Positions 1 through 10,808 of a DNA stretch of 64,000 bases are shown here, in pieces. Under the pieces are notes generated by a model that was given only the letters and a program-made list of their open reading frames with translations, was not told the origin of the DNA and ran no database searches. The position numbers were made by a program, and so were the translations under genes. Numbering within the stretch: position 1 is the stretch's first letter; every line of letters starts with the position of its first letter. Source of the stretch: an uncultured Acidobacteriota bacterium (GTDB lineage Bacteria; Acidobacteriota; Terriglobia; Terriglobales; Acidobacteriaceae); the NCBI GenBank assembly GCA_963797795.1, contig CAWCQY010000002.1:7846-71845 (forward strand), written 5' to 3'.

Positions 1-1505
1 TTGAATGTGGTCCCAAGCCCGGGTTCGCTGTACACCCAGACAAACCCACCGTTCTGCTTCACAATGCCATAAACGGTGGCCAGACCCAGCCCAGTCCCTT
101 TACCCGCTTGTTTCGTAGTGTAGAAGGGCTCGAAGATGTGTGCCAGATGTTCCGTGGCGATGCCCTGGCCTGAGTCCGTGACTGCCAGCAGTACGTAATC
201 GCCGGGAGGCACTATCGAATGTCGCTGGACATAGGATGCATCGACTTGCACGGTGGCGGTTTCGATGGTGAGTGTGCCACCGCCGGGCATGGCATCACGC
301 GCGTTCGCTGCCAGGTTCATGACCACCTGCTCGATTTGCGTGGGATCAGCTTTCACTTTGCCCAGCTCTTGCTCGGGAGCGAAAACAAGTTCAATATCTT
401 CACCAATCAGGCGCGGCAACATGGTGGCGATCTCTCCAATCACCGTATTCAGGTCGAGGACTCGCAACGATTGCATCTGTTTGCGGCTGAACGCCAGCAA
501 CTGGCGAGTGAGATCCGCCGCCCGCCGGGACGCGGCCATGATTTCAGCTACGTTTCTTCGCAGAGGATGCCCGTCGGCAAGCGAGTCAAGCATGAGTTCG
601 GCGTAGGCACTGATGACTAAAAGCAAATTATTGAAGTCGTGGGCCACTCCCCCGGCCAGTCTCCCAATCGCATCCATCTTCTGCGACTGCTGCAGTTCCG
701 ACTCCAGCTTGCGTCGATCGGTGATGTCCCTGCCAGTGGAAATGAAGTGCGTGATCTCTCCGCTCCCGTCGCGCAGCGGCGTGAGAGCCTTCTCAATAAT
801 CAGGGTTTCCCCACTCTTCGTCCGGTTCATCACGATTCCGCGAAAGACGTTGCCGGAAAGAACCGTTTCCCACATCTCATCGTAGATTTTGCGTGGCTGT
901 TCTTCCGACTGGAGTATTCCTAGCGTTTGGCCAATCGCCTCCTGCCTTGAGTATCCTGTGAGTGCTTCAAATGCCGGATTCACGTACTCCATGGCGCCGG
1001 ATCGATTCAGGATGATTAACGTGTCCGCCATTTGTTCGACCGAGCGCCAGAGCTTGCGCAAGGTCTCCTCGGAAGCCAGGTGCTGCCGTTCGGCGGGGAG
1101 CACATCAAAGGCACCCAGACCGTGGGGGACCGGGCCCACCTCCGCAGAATGGTTCTGGGCGTCACGTTGACGGGCCGCCGCCTGAATCGCAACCTCGAGC
1201 AAGCCTTTGGATGTGGGCTCACTTAGAAAAATGAGCGGAACGCCAGAATAATGTTGGCGCACCTGGCGTAACAACTGAAACGCAGAGTTATCAGTCGATT
1301 TGCTACTACAGAGTAGAAGGTCATAGCTTCCTTTCTCAAACCGATTGAGTACGTCCTCGGGCGACGCTGCCTGCTCTAGATGTAGCTTCCCGTCGTTCGT
1401 CCCTGCTAGCAGCCGCCGCAGATCAACGAACTCTTGCGCTGTGCCTGCGACCAGGAGAACTTTCAATTGCCGCTTGCCAGCGTCGGAGATTCTTGGCTTT
1501 GTCAT
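1..1505 (-). CDS. PAS-domain sensor histidine kinase with a degenerate N-terminal receiver-like domain (C-terminus runs off the window)
   Basis: Absent from the ORF track because there is no stop inside the window. My reverse-complement translation from the ATG (complement of 1503-1505) reads MTKPRISDAGKRQLKVLLVAG. It shows a PAS segment (LIILNRSGAMEYVNPAFEALTGYSRQEAIGQ), an H-box (RLAGGVAHDFNNLL) and HATPase boxes (NLAANARDAM, DSGQGI, GKGTGLGLATVYGIV). The + strand ORFs at 219-1226 are antisense noise. Confidence 0.9.
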   Translation of the reverse strand, partial: MTKPRISDAGKRQLKVLLVAGTAQEFVDLRRLLAGTNDGKLHLEQAASPEDVLNRFEKGSYDLLLCSSKSTDNSAFQLLRQVRQHYSGVPLIFLSEPTSKGLLEVAIQAAARQRDAQNHSAEVGPVPHGLGAFDVLPAERQHLASEETLRKLWRSVEQMADTLIILNRSGAMEYVNPAFEALTGYSRQEAIGQTLGILQSEEQPRKIYDEMWETVLSGNVFRGIVMNRTKSGETLIIEKALTPLRDGSGEITHFISTGRDITDRRKLESELQQSQKMDAIGRLAGGVAHDFNNLLLVISAYAELMLDSLADGHPLRRNVAEIMAASRRAADLTRQLLAFSRKQMQSLRVLDLNTVIGEIATMLPRLIGEDIELVFAPEQELGKVKADPTQIEQVVMNLAANARDAMPGGGTLTIETATVQVDASYVQRHSIVPPGDYVLLAVTDSGQGIATEHLAHIFEPFYTTKQAGKGTGLGLATVYGIVKQNGGFVWVYSEPGLGTTF

Positions 1506-1805
1506 TCCCGGCACATTCCGTTAGCTGTTACATCGGACGCTGACCTCTGGAGCATCTCTTCCCAAGGCCCAGCCGCGAAAGGATGAGTGAACCAAAAGTT
1601 CCAATTCGGGAAGGACCAAACAAATGAAACAAATGTGATGCCACAACCGTACTATTCCGAGTCGCGCAACCCTGAACGAGAACCGAGCCAACGATATCCA
1701 CGTAGGCCCGGGCGCCCCGTCCTGGCGGCCGAGCAAAGTTCCGCAGGATTGAATCCAGAGTGCAGTTTTACAACTCAGGCGTGCAGAAAAAACTTAGGGA
1801 GACTC

Positions 1806-3071
1806 ATGTTCCAACGATTGACTTCATCCGTCGTCGGTATAGCTCTGCTTACGCTCACCCCAGCGCTAGCGCAGGAAAACAAATTCACCGAGCGCTTGCT
1901 TCAAAACCGTTACCAACTCGGCTTTCAGGAGGGGCAATTGTCGGGCATAGGGCTGCCAGTCTTGAAAAACGCGCTCGCGAATGCGCAGTTCGTGCTCATC
2001 GGTGAAGATCACGGCATCTCGCAGATTCCCGAGTTCGCAGGCGCAGTCTGTAATCTCATAGGTCCGCAAGGTTTCCACACCATGGCCATTGAAACCGGGC
2101 CCCTTGCGGCCAGCGAACTTCAGCAGTGGGTGACTCGCGATTCTGGTCGTGCGGACCTAGTCAACTTCGAAAAGAAATTCCCTGAATCTATCGCCTTTTA
2201 CAACTTTCAAGAGGAATATGATCTGCTCTCCCGCTGTGCCGGCTCCGCAGAGGGCGGCAAGTTCCAGTTATGGGGACTTGATCAGGAGTTGATGGGCTCG
2301 TCCGGCCTAATCCTGACCCGCATTCTCGAAACCCATCCCGGCAAACAAGCAGCCGACGCAACTCAACGCCTTTTGCAGAAAAACGACGAGGCACACGCCG
2401 CCGCCGTGAAGAGTGGCAGTCCCGGCGACATTTTCATGATGACCGTCTCCGACGACGAACTGAACAGTCTGAGGGATCTGCTCCGCAAGGACGGAAATCC
2501 AACCAGTTTGGCCCTGATCGATGCCCTCATTAAAAGCCGGGACATCTACCAGAAGAACATGAGCGGCTCGGGCTACGAATCGAATCGTGAGCGGGCACTG
2601 TTGATGAAATCGAACTTCGTGAATGACTACGAGCAAGCCACGCAGGCCGACGGCGTGCCGCCCAAAGTGTTGCTCAAGGCCGGAGCCTGGCATATGTACA
2701 AGGGCATCAATCCGCTCCGTAACAACGATATGGGAAACTTCGTTACCGAATTGGCGGATGGGCAGGGCACAATGTCTCTTCACATCATGATTCTGGGGGT
2801 GAAAGGTTCTCAACTTCGTTTCGCCGGGATTGGACGCCGATATCAAGCGGGAGACTTTAACCTGGCCGAAGACAAAGACTCCGATTTCCTCTTTCTAAAA
2901 CCCATGTTCGACAACCTCGAATCGGGCGGTTGGACCATGTTTGATTTGCGCGGCCTGCGCAAGGGATTTCGATCTCTCGAACCGGTGGACAAAGAAATGG
3001 AACGGCTCATCTTCGGATACGACCTGCTGGTCCTGATTCCGAACGCCACTCCTTCGAAGCAAATCCAGTAG
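1806..3071 (+). CDS. secreted hypothetical protein
   Basis: An internal ATG at 1806 in ORF 1587-3071 gives MFQRLTSSVVGIALLTLTPALAQE, a classic Sec signal peptide. The 73 upstream codons look non-coding. An LIGEDHG motif is only vaguely ChaN/erythromycin-esterase-like, so no family is assigned. Confidence 0.7.
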   Translation: MFQRLTSSVVGIALLTLTPALAQENKFTERLLQNRYQLGFQEGQLSGIGLPVLKNALANAQFVLIGEDHGISQIPEFAGAVCNLIGPQGFHTMAIETGPLAASELQQWVTRDSGRADLVNFEKKFPESIAFYNFQEEYDLLSRCAGSAEGGKFQLWGLDQELMGSSGLILTRILETHPGKQAADATQRLLQKNDEAHAAAVKSGSPGDIFMMTVSDDELNSLRDLLRKDGNPTSLALIDALIKSRDIYQKNMSGSGYESNRERALLMKSNFVNDYEQATQADGVPPKVLLKAGAWHMYKGINPLRNNDMGNFVTELADGQGTMSLHIMILGVKGSQLRFAGIGRRYQAGDFNLAEDKDSDFLFLKPMFDNLESGGWTMFDLRGLRKGFRSLEPVDKEMERLIFGYDLLVLIPNATPSKQIQ

Positions 3072-3144
3072 GGCGAGCCTGGTTTCGAGGGCACGACTTT
3101 CCACAACCTGCCCAGTTGGAGGACAATAGAGGGATCAGCTTTAG

Positions 3145-3822
3145 GTGAGGTGGCTTATGCGGCATGGTTTTTGTGAACTCCTCTGTGTTGTCCTCTTAAC
3201 TGTTTCTACGTCGGCTCTCGGTCAGCAGATTCGCGGCGACTACATCGAAACTCGTAGCGCCGACGTCTACACCGGACAATGTTTCGCCAATGGCGAAGTA
3301 AATCTCGTCGGGGACGAAGCCATCCTCGCATGGCACGTCCAGAGCGGAAGCTGGGACGGTGTTCCACTGGATGGCTTGACGGTAGCTGCCGCCATTCACG
3401 CCAATGCAACTCTGGGTGACCCGTACGCGAATCCCTATCCAGCACAGGCCGTTCTTCTCGTGGACGACCAGGCGACCTCGCAGCAGAGTGCGGCTTTGAT
3501 CGCCTTTGCCCGCCAAATGGGAGGTGAACTGCTACGTCACGCGCAGCAAGTAATTTCTGCACCCATGGAATTGGTCGTCAATCCTGAACATCACGGGGTT
3601 GCGGTGCTGCGAGCCGGACATTTTGCCACTGTGAAGACCCGCCCTGTCAACGACCAAGACCATCTCTGCGGGAACGAAGTGACGTTTTATCCGCCGCTCA
3701 CGCAATTGGCCCACTCCATGCCAGCGGTCGCCCTCACCGATTCCTATCGCGGACCGGGCCTTGACGTAGATTGGGAATCGCACGGCAGGCGCAGCGCGTT
3801 CGTAGGCACTTTCGCGCGCTAA
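3145..3822 (+). CDS. secreted hypothetical protein
   Basis: 225-aa ORF from GTG 3145 (ATG 3157 is also possible). It has a hydrophobic leader, LLCVVLLTVSTSALGQQ. No family is confidently recognised. Confidence 0.65.
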   Translation: MRWLMRHGFCELLCVVLLTVSTSALGQQIRGDYIETRSADVYTGQCFANGEVNLVGDEAILAWHVQSGSWDGVPLDGLTVAAAIHANATLGDPYANPYPAQAVLLVDDQATSQQSAALIAFARQMGGELLRHAQQVISAPMELVVNPEHHGVAVLRAGHFATVKTRPVNDQDHLCGNEVTFYPPLTQLAHSMPAVALTDSYRGPGLDVDWESHGRRSAFVGTFAR

Positions 3823-4140
3823 TCGGCGTTTGCCGTCACGCGCGGCCCCGGCTCCTTAGACTAGTCACTCTTGAGCAGATGAGACGCGAGCTAGTTCATG
3901 CCGTGGAGAATCCGTCCCGCGGAGTGCGCATCGTGGAAGTGCCCGAAATACGCCGTTCTGCCAGGTTTTCAGCCGCAGACTTAGATCAACCTGTCACTAA
4001 TTGACGCCCGCCAACACTCTTCTCGTACCAAAGTAATGGTGAATTACCAAAGCGCATGCACGTGGGACATCTGTTAGTCCCTGGTCGCGGGTGAGATGTT
4101 GAAGTTGTACTTTTTCTCGATCGAGGAAGTCAGGCGGCCC

Positions 4141-4533
4141 ATGGAAAAAAGTGATTTTCTGGACGAGGTTCATGTTCGAATCCTGCGGGTGACCGAAGAC
4201 CTGCGGGCCATTCAGCAAACGTTGAACTGCGCAGCCATGCAGGCCCCGGGAGATCCCGAACTGATGGAAGCGCTCTGCCAGTTGCCCGAGATCGAGTCAC
4301 TCCACGTGCTGAAATCAGCCCTCGACCAGATGCGGCACTTTCTCTGGTTCTACGTGCAGGTGATGACTAACGAATCCGAGGATGGCGACAGACTGCGGCA
4401 GAGCATTGGCCAGAAGCCTGTCGAGCAAGGCATGGTCAGCCCCAGAGTAGCGGCCGCGGAAAAATTCAAACGCGCTGCCGACACCGCGTTGCTCCAGTAC
4501 CTTTCCGACGGCAAGGTTCGCAAGCCGAACTAG
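4141..4533 (+). CDS. hypothetical protein
   Basis: ATG 4141 (MEKSDFLDEV) lies inside ORF 4096-4533. The call rests on ORF length and intergenic position only. Confidence 0.5.
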   Translation: MEKSDFLDEVHVRILRVTEDLRAIQQTLNCAAMQAPGDPELMEALCQLPEIESLHVLKSALDQMRHFLWFYVQVMTNESEDGDRLRQSIGQKPVEQGMVSPRVAAAEKFKRAADTALLQYLSDGKVRKPN

Positions 4534-4851
4534 ATCCCTTCGGCGCCGTCGCCTCTACAAATTCCCGCTCTCGCCTTCGCAGTAAGGCTCGAAGAATGTC
4601 CTCGATGCGATACAAATCTTTACAAAACTCTGCATCTCCGCCTAATTAGACAAATCCAATAGAATACTGGTGATTCCGGTGTTGGCCCGGCTGGACTCGC
4701 TGTGAGCCATTGCCGCAGCGCCGGGCACCTCGCGTCATTACTATCTTTTTGGACCCGTCTCTTAGTTAAAAGCAAGAATCAGGGTGTCGCGCACTGATTA
4801 CGGTTGCTAGATTGATCGCGGGGCGAAGCGGCTTTACGGCCTGAGGAAACT

Positions 4852-7800
4852 ATGTGGATTGTCCGACTAGCACTGCGACGGCCTTACACCTTTGTGGTCG
4901 TCTCTTTGCTGCTTTTGATCTTAGGTCCCATCGTCATTCTTCGAACGCCCACGGATATCTTTCCGAATATAGATATTCCCGTGGTCAGCATCCTCTGGAA
5001 CTATCAGGGCCTCAATCCCGACGATATGTCGAATCGCATCGTGTTCCAGACGGAAAGGGCTCTGACGACGCTGGTCGACGACATCTCGCACATCGAGTCA
5101 CAGTCGCTGAATGGGATCGCGGTAGTGAAAGTGTTTTTCCAGCCTCATGCGGACATTACCAAGGCGATCGCGCAAGTGACGGCAATCTCGCAGACCCAAC
5201 TCAGGCAATTACCGCCGGGGACGACGCCGCCGCTCGTCATTACCTACAGTGCATCCAGCGTGCCCATTATTCAACTGGCACTTTCGGGGCAAGAGCTCTC
5301 GGAACAGCAACTGTTTGACTACGGCGTGAATTTCATTCGGACGCGTTTGATCACGGTTCCGGGGTGCGCCATTCCCTATCCCTACGGTGGGAAGCAGCGC
5401 CAGGTGCAGATTGACTTGGACACCAACGCGCTGCAATCGAAGGGGCTTTCGCCGGTGGACGTGGTGAATGCAATCAGCGCGCAAAATATCATTCTTCCAT
5501 CCGGCACTTCGAAGATTGGGACGTTTGAATATGCGGTCGATACGAACAGCAGTCCAACGACGGTTGCGGAACTGAATCAATTGCCGATCAAGACGGTCGG
5601 CAGCACGACGATTTACATACACGATGTTGCGTACGTCCGCGACGGATTTCCGCCGCAGACCAATATCGTGCGGGTGAACGGACAGCGTTCGGTTCTGCTC
5701 ACGGTTCTGAAGAGCGGGCAAACTTCGACACTCGATATCATCGCCGGTGTCAAATCGCTTCTACCGCAGATTGCGGCCGGTTTGCCGCCCGAGTTACACA
5801 TACACCCTCTAGCCGACCAGTCGCTTTTCGTTCGCGCGTCTATTGACGGAGTAATAAAGGAAGCGACCATTGCTGCCTGCCTCACCGGCCTGATGATTCT
5901 GATCTTTCTGGGCAACTGGCGCAGCACGGTGATCATTGCGGTTTCCATTCCACTGTCGATTCTGACTTCGATCATCGTGTTGAGCGCGCTGGGCGAGACT
6001 ATCAACATCATGACGCTCGGCGGATTGGCGCTGGCGGTGGGCATTCTGGTCGACGACGCCACGGTCGAGATCGAGAACATCAACCGGAATTTGGCGCAAG
6101 GGAAAGAGGTCGAGCACGCCATTCTGGACGGCGCGCAGCAGATTGCGGTTCCTGCATTTGTTTCGACGCTCGCCATCTGCATCGTCTTCGTGCCCATGTT
6201 TTTCCTCACTGGGGTGGCACGTTTTCTATTCGTGCCGCTGGCAGAAGCGGTGGTGTTTGCCATGCTGGCTTCCTACCTGTTGTCGCGGACACTGGTGCCC
6301 ACCATGGCCAAATATTTATTGCGCGGTCATGAAGCAGAGACGCTGGCAGCAAGTCAAAGCCGAAATCCTCTGGTCGCCATGCAGATCAAGTTTGAATCGG
6401 CCTTTGAGCGTTTTCGGGAGGGCTATCACGGATTGTTGGAGCGTTGCCTTCATCACAAGCGCGCTTTCCTATTTATTTTTTTGGGCACGTGTGTGATCTC
6501 GGTCGTGTGTCTAGTTCCATGGTTGGGCCAGGATTTCTTTCCGGCAGTGGATGCGGGCCAGTTCAAATTGCACATGCGCGCACCTACGGGAACGCGCATT
6601 GAGGAAACCGCGCGGCTCTCCGATCTGGTGGAACAGTCGATTCGCGAGCAGATTCCGCCGAAAGAGATCGACAGCATCATTGACACCATCGGTCTGCCCT
6701 ACAGCAGCATCAATCTTTCGTACAGCAACTCAGCGCCGATTGGGCCGGGAGATGTCGATATTCTCGTCAGCTTGTCGAAGGGGCACCGGCCAACGGCACA
6801 ATACGTCCACGATCTCCGCTTGAGACTCCCAGAGGAGTTTCCCGGCGTAACCTTTTCGTTTCTGCCGGCCGATATTGTCAGCCAGATTTTGAACTTCGGT
6901 CTGCCCGCTCCGATTGACATTCAGATTGTGGGCTATGGCGTGCAAGCAAACCGGGCATTCGCCGACAAACTGCTGGAGCGGGTCCGGAGAGTTCCGGGAA
7001 CCGTCGATTTGCGCATTCAGCAGCCTTTTGATCAGCCGTATTTGCACGTTAACGTCGACCGGACGAAGGCTCAACAAGTAGGCTACACCCAGCGAGACGT
7101 TGCCAATAACCTGCTGGTTTCGCTGAGCGGAAGTTTTCAGACAACTCCTGAGTTTTGGGTTGATCCTAAGACCGGGGTGAGCTATTCCATCGCCACCCAG
7201 ACTCCGCAGTACCGCATCGATTCTCTGCAGGACCTGGAGAACATTCCGGTGACTGGATCGAGCGGTGCCCGGCCGCAGATTCTAGCTAGCCTGGCCTCGA
7301 TTCGCCGGGGCGCTGGTCTGGCCGTGGTCTCGCACTACGACATCCAACCCCTGGTCGATATTTACGGTTCGGTGCAAGGCCGAGATTTGGGCGGAGTGGC
7401 GCGCGACATCAATAAAATCGTGGAGGACAGCAAGAAGGATCTGCCACGCGGGTCCCAACTGATCGTTCGCGGACAGATTCAGACCATGCGCTCGTCGTAT
7501 GCAGGACTACTTGGCGGCCTCGTGTTCTCGATCGTTCTGGTATACCTGCTGATCGTGGTAAATTTCCAGTCCTGGCTTGATCCCTTCATCATTATTTCTG
7601 CCTTGCCCGCAGCCCTTGCCGGGATCGTTTGGTTTCTGTTCGTTACCCACACGACTCTGAGCGTACCCGCCCTTACCGGATCGATCATGTGCGTAGGGGT
7701 GGCCACGGCTAACAGCATCCTGGTGGTGAGCTTCGCCAAGGAGCAATTGGCCGAAGGGAAAGACGCGATTGCGGCTGCACTGAATTCGGGGTTCACTCGG

Positions 7801-8019
7801 TTCCGCCCGGTGCTGATGACGGCTTTGGCCATGATCATCGGGATGGTGCCCATGGCGATAGGATTAGGCGAGGGCGGGGAACAGAATGCTCCACTCGGTC
7901 GCGCTGTTATCGGCGGTTTGTTATTCGCGACCGTGGCGACGCTCTTTTTTGTGCCGGTGTTCTTCAGCCTTCTGCATGGACGCAGGCAACGACTGGCGCG
8001 GGCCGATGCAAAACATTGA
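4852..8019 (+). CDS. RND-family efflux transporter, inner-membrane permease (AcrB/CzcA superfamily)
   Basis: 1055 aa with a hallmark N-terminus (RRPYTFVVVSLLLLILGPIVILRTPTDIFPNIDIPVV), the GLALAVGILVDDATVEIENI motif and a 12-TM architecture. Confidence 0.97.
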   Translation: MWIVRLALRRPYTFVVVSLLLLILGPIVILRTPTDIFPNIDIPVVSILWNYQGLNPDDMSNRIVFQTERALTTLVDDISHIESQSLNGIAVVKVFFQPHADITKAIAQVTAISQTQLRQLPPGTTPPLVITYSASSVPIIQLALSGQELSEQQLFDYGVNFIRTRLITVPGCAIPYPYGGKQRQVQIDLDTNALQSKGLSPVDVVNAISAQNIILPSGTSKIGTFEYAVDTNSSPTTVAELNQLPIKTVGSTTIYIHDVAYVRDGFPPQTNIVRVNGQRSVLLTVLKSGQTSTLDIIAGVKSLLPQIAAGLPPELHIHPLADQSLFVRASIDGVIKEATIAACLTGLMILIFLGNWRSTVIIAVSIPLSILTSIIVLSALGETINIMTLGGLALAVGILVDDATVEIENINRNLAQGKEVEHAILDGAQQIAVPAFVSTLAICIVFVPMFFLTGVARFLFVPLAEAVVFAMLASYLLSRTLVPTMAKYLLRGHEAETLAASQSRNPLVAMQIKFESAFERFREGYHGLLERCLHHKRAFLFIFLGTCVISVVCLVPWLGQDFFPAVDAGQFKLHMRAPTGTRIEETARLSDLVEQSIREQIPPKEIDSIIDTIGLPYSSINLSYSNSAPIGPGDVDILVSLSKGHRPTAQYVHDLRLRLPEEFPGVTFSFLPADIVSQILNFGLPAPIDIQIVGYGVQANRAFADKLLERVRRVPGTVDLRIQQPFDQPYLHVNVDRTKAQQVGYTQRDVANNLLVSLSGSFQTTPEFWVDPKTGVSYSIATQTPQYRIDSLQDLENIPVTGSSGARPQILASLASIRRGAGLAVVSHYDIQPLVDIYGSVQGRDLGGVARDINKIVEDSKKDLPRGSQLIVRGQIQTMRSSYAGLLGGLVFSIVLVYLLIVVNFQSWLDPFIIISALPAALAGIVWFLFVTHTTLSVPALTGSIMCVGVATANSILVVSFAKEQLAEGKDAIAAALNSGFTRFRPVLMTALAMIIGMVPMAIGLGEGGEQNAPLGRAVIGGLLFATVATLFFVPVFFSLLHGRRQRLARADAKH

Positions 8020-8061
8020 TCTGGTTCATAATGGTGTTGCTCATAGGTCACACGGAGTCTT

Positions 8062-9294
8062 TTGATGAAGGTTGAATCGCGGAACGAAATTGAAAGGCCA
8101 CGGATGATGGAGGAACCGAGGATGGGGGGTCCTCAGCAGGGCAAACCGGCGCGCCGCTGGTGGATTGCCGTCCTCGCTCTTGTGATCCTAGTGGCGATTG
8201 TGATCTCGGGAATTCTGCCCCGAATCCATGCGCGCGCGGCTTTGGACAAAGAGACCGCCGAGATGGCGATTCCCACAGTCTCAGTGGTGCGTCCCAAGCG
8301 CGGCGCGCCGGCGCAGGAGATTGTTCTCCCCGCAAACGTGCAAGCTTATATCGACGCCCCCATCTACGCCCGCACCAACGGATACTTGAAGCGCTGGTAC
8401 GCGGACATCGGCGCGCACGTCAAAGCCGGGCAACTGTTAGCCGATATCGAAACCCCGGAAGTCGATCAGCAACTGCGGCAGGCGCGAGCTGATCTGGCTA
8501 CCGCACAAGCCAACCTGAATCTTTCGCAGATTACGGCGAACCGCTACGAAGACTTGTTGAAAACCGACTCCGTGTCCAAGCAAGAAACCGACAACGCTGC
8601 CGGAGATTTCGCGGCCAAGCAGGCGACTGTGCAGTCCGCGCAAGCCAACGTGCGGCGTTTGGAAGAATTGCAAGCCTTCGAGAAAATCTACGCTCCGTTC
8701 GACGGAGTGATTACAGCCCGAAACACCGATATCGGTGCGTTGATTGACTCGGGGAGCAGTGGAGGATCGAGGACAGAGCTCTTTCATATTGCGCAGCCGG
8801 ACAAGTTGCGGGTCTACGTCAATGTGCCGGAAGCTTACTCGCAGGCGGCCAAGCCTGGGCTAACTGCCGATCTGGCGCTTTCGGAATTTCCCGGACGACT
8901 CTTTCAGGGAACACTGGTCCGAACCGCCGAAGCCATTGATCAGTCCACGCGAACCCTGTTGGTGGAGATTCGAGTGAATAATCCGACAGGTACGCTGCTC
9001 AGCGGAGCTTATGCTGAGGTCCATCTGAAGCTGCCAGCCGCGACGTCGGCCTACATCCTACCTGTGAACACGCTACTGTTCCGTTCGGAAGGGCTTCGCG
9101 TTGCCGCGATCACGGATGGCAAGCACGCTGACCTTAAGCCGATCACGCTTGGCCATGATTTTGGCTCTGAGGTCGAGGTCGTCGCCGGACTTACCGGGGA
9201 AGAGTCCATCATTGTGAATCCGCCGGATTCGATCGTATCGGGAGAAGAGGTCCGCATCGCCACGCCAGGGGCTTCGGGAGCGTCTCAACGGTGA
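8062..9294 (+). CDS. efflux RND transporter periplasmic adaptor (membrane-fusion protein, HlyD/AcrA type)
   Basis: 410 aa with one N-terminal TM (WWIAVLALVILVAIVISGIL), a coiled-coil hairpin (EVDQQLRQARADLATAQANLNL) and the lipoyl/beta-barrel motif YAPFDGVITARN. It sits immediately downstream of the RND pump. Confidence 0.95.
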   Translation: MMKVESRNEIERPRMMEEPRMGGPQQGKPARRWWIAVLALVILVAIVISGILPRIHARAALDKETAEMAIPTVSVVRPKRGAPAQEIVLPANVQAYIDAPIYARTNGYLKRWYADIGAHVKAGQLLADIETPEVDQQLRQARADLATAQANLNLSQITANRYEDLLKTDSVSKQETDNAAGDFAAKQATVQSAQANVRRLEELQAFEKIYAPFDGVITARNTDIGALIDSGSSGGSRTELFHIAQPDKLRVYVNVPEAYSQAAKPGLTADLALSEFPGRLFQGTLVRTAEAIDQSTRTLLVEIRVNNPTGTLLSGAYAEVHLKLPAATSAYILPVNTLLFRSEGLRVAAITDGKHADLKPITLGHDFGSEVEVVAGLTGEESIIVNPPDSIVSGEEVRIATPGASGASQR

Positions 9295-10793
9295 TCGGCT
9301 TGCGCCACATGCGTCCTGCTCGTGGAAGGGTGATGCCATCACTTCTGGGTGGGGCACTCTTAGCGGGACAAATGGTTCTGATCGGGTGTGCCGTGGGCCC
9401 GCGCTATTCGAGGCCTTCCGCGCCCACGCCCACAGATTACAAAGAAACTCCCCCGAACTGGAAAACTGCGCAGCCAGCCGATCAGACGCTGAAAGGAAAA
9501 TGGTGGGAGATTTATCAGGACCCCCAGCTCAACGCGCTCGAAGAGAAGATCAATATCTCGAACCAGAGCCTGAAGGCTGCGCAGGCTCAGTTTGCGCAGG
9601 CGCGCGCCACGGTTCGCTACAATCGTGCCGACTACTATCCCACGATCACAGCGGGAGTTTCGGCTGCACGAGAACGCTATTCTGAGAATCGTCCGCTGGC
9701 GGTTGGCGGTGTTACCACTACGAATGACCTTATTATTCCGGTGGACATGTCGTGGGAGCCGGATGTGTGGGGCAGAGTGCGGAATACGGTTGCCGCTTCC
9801 CGCGCCAATGCTCAGGCCACTTTGGCTGACCTCGAGTCGGTGAGTCTGAGCGTGCATGCCGAATTGGCGGTCGATTACTTTTCAGCGCGGGAGTTGGACG
9901 CTGAAGGGCAACTGCTCGATTCCACCGTCGCCAGTTACGTGAAGCAGTTGGAACTCACGGAGAATCGTTTTAAAGGTGGCGTCGCGTCGCAGGTAGATGT
10001 GGCACAGGCGCAAACCCAGCTGGAGCAGGCGCGCGCGCAGGCCATTGACGTGCGAGAGCAGCGGACGCAGTTTGAGCATGCTATTGCGGTTCTTATCGGG
10101 GAACCTGCTTCCAATTTTACCCTGCCAGTCGCCGCGCTGAATGCGACCCCTCCCGTAATCCCGCCAGGATTGCCGTCTGAACTCCTTGAGCGGCGGCCCG
10201 ACATCGCCGCCAATGAGCGCCTGATGGCCGCGGCGAACGCGCAGATCGGAATCGCGAAAGCTGCCTATTTCCCCACGTTCAGTCTGTCGCCGAGTGCCGG
10301 ATTCGAAAGCATCTCAATTGCGAATTGGCTTTCGAGTCCCAGCGCGTTTGCCATCGTTGGGGCTTCCGCGGTCGTAACCGCCTTCGACGCCGGACGGCGG
10401 CGAGCTGTCAGCGATCAGGCTCGCGCCGGTTACGATCAAACCGTGGCCAATTACCGTCAGGACGTGCTCACCGCCTACCAGGAAGTGGAAGATAATCTTG
10501 CGGCCTTGCGCCTGCTCGAAGATGAATCCAACACCCAAACCGCCGCCGTTGCAGCGGCGGAGCATTCGCTGGCGCTTTCAAACAATCGCTACCGAGGTGG
10601 CGTGACCACCTACCTGGAGGTCATCACCGCCCAAACTACAGCGCTTGGCAATGAGCGCACCGCCGTGCAGATTTCAGGGCGCCGGATGGTGGACAGCGTG
10701 CTCCTCGTTAAAGCTTTGGGCGGCGGATGGAGTGCGGCGAGCCTAACGACGGTGAAGATGGAATCGCGTACGCCGATTCCCCCTGGTCAGTAA
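9291..10793 (+). CDS. efflux outer-membrane factor lipoprotein (NodT/TolC family)
   Basis: 500 aa with a lipobox (VLIGC), two TolC-like repeats and a C-terminal LVKALGGGW. The GTG start overlaps the adaptor stop (GTGA). Confidence 0.95.
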   Translation: MIGLRHMRPARGRVMPSLLGGALLAGQMVLIGCAVGPRYSRPSAPTPTDYKETPPNWKTAQPADQTLKGKWWEIYQDPQLNALEEKINISNQSLKAAQAQFAQARATVRYNRADYYPTITAGVSAARERYSENRPLAVGGVTTTNDLIIPVDMSWEPDVWGRVRNTVAASRANAQATLADLESVSLSVHAELAVDYFSARELDAEGQLLDSTVASYVKQLELTENRFKGGVASQVDVAQAQTQLEQARAQAIDVREQRTQFEHAIAVLIGEPASNFTLPVAALNATPPVIPPGLPSELLERRPDIAANERLMAAANAQIGIAKAAYFPTFSLSPSAGFESISIANWLSSPSAFAIVGASAVVTAFDAGRRRAVSDQARAGYDQTVANYRQDVLTAYQEVEDNLAALRLLEDESNTQTAAVAAAEHSLALSNNRYRGGVTTYLEVITAQTTALGNERTAVQISGRRMVDSVLLVKALGGGWSAASLTTVKMESRTPIPPGQ

Positions 10794-10808
10794 GATCTTC
10801 GCGGCAGA

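Noticed and set aside
219-1226. Several + strand ORFs (219-620, 253-606, 613-885, 639-923, 889-1170, 1032-1226)
   Set aside because: They are antisense to a well-conserved PAS/HisKA/HATPase coding sequence on the minus strand. Their translations are low-complexity and Arg/Ser-rich.
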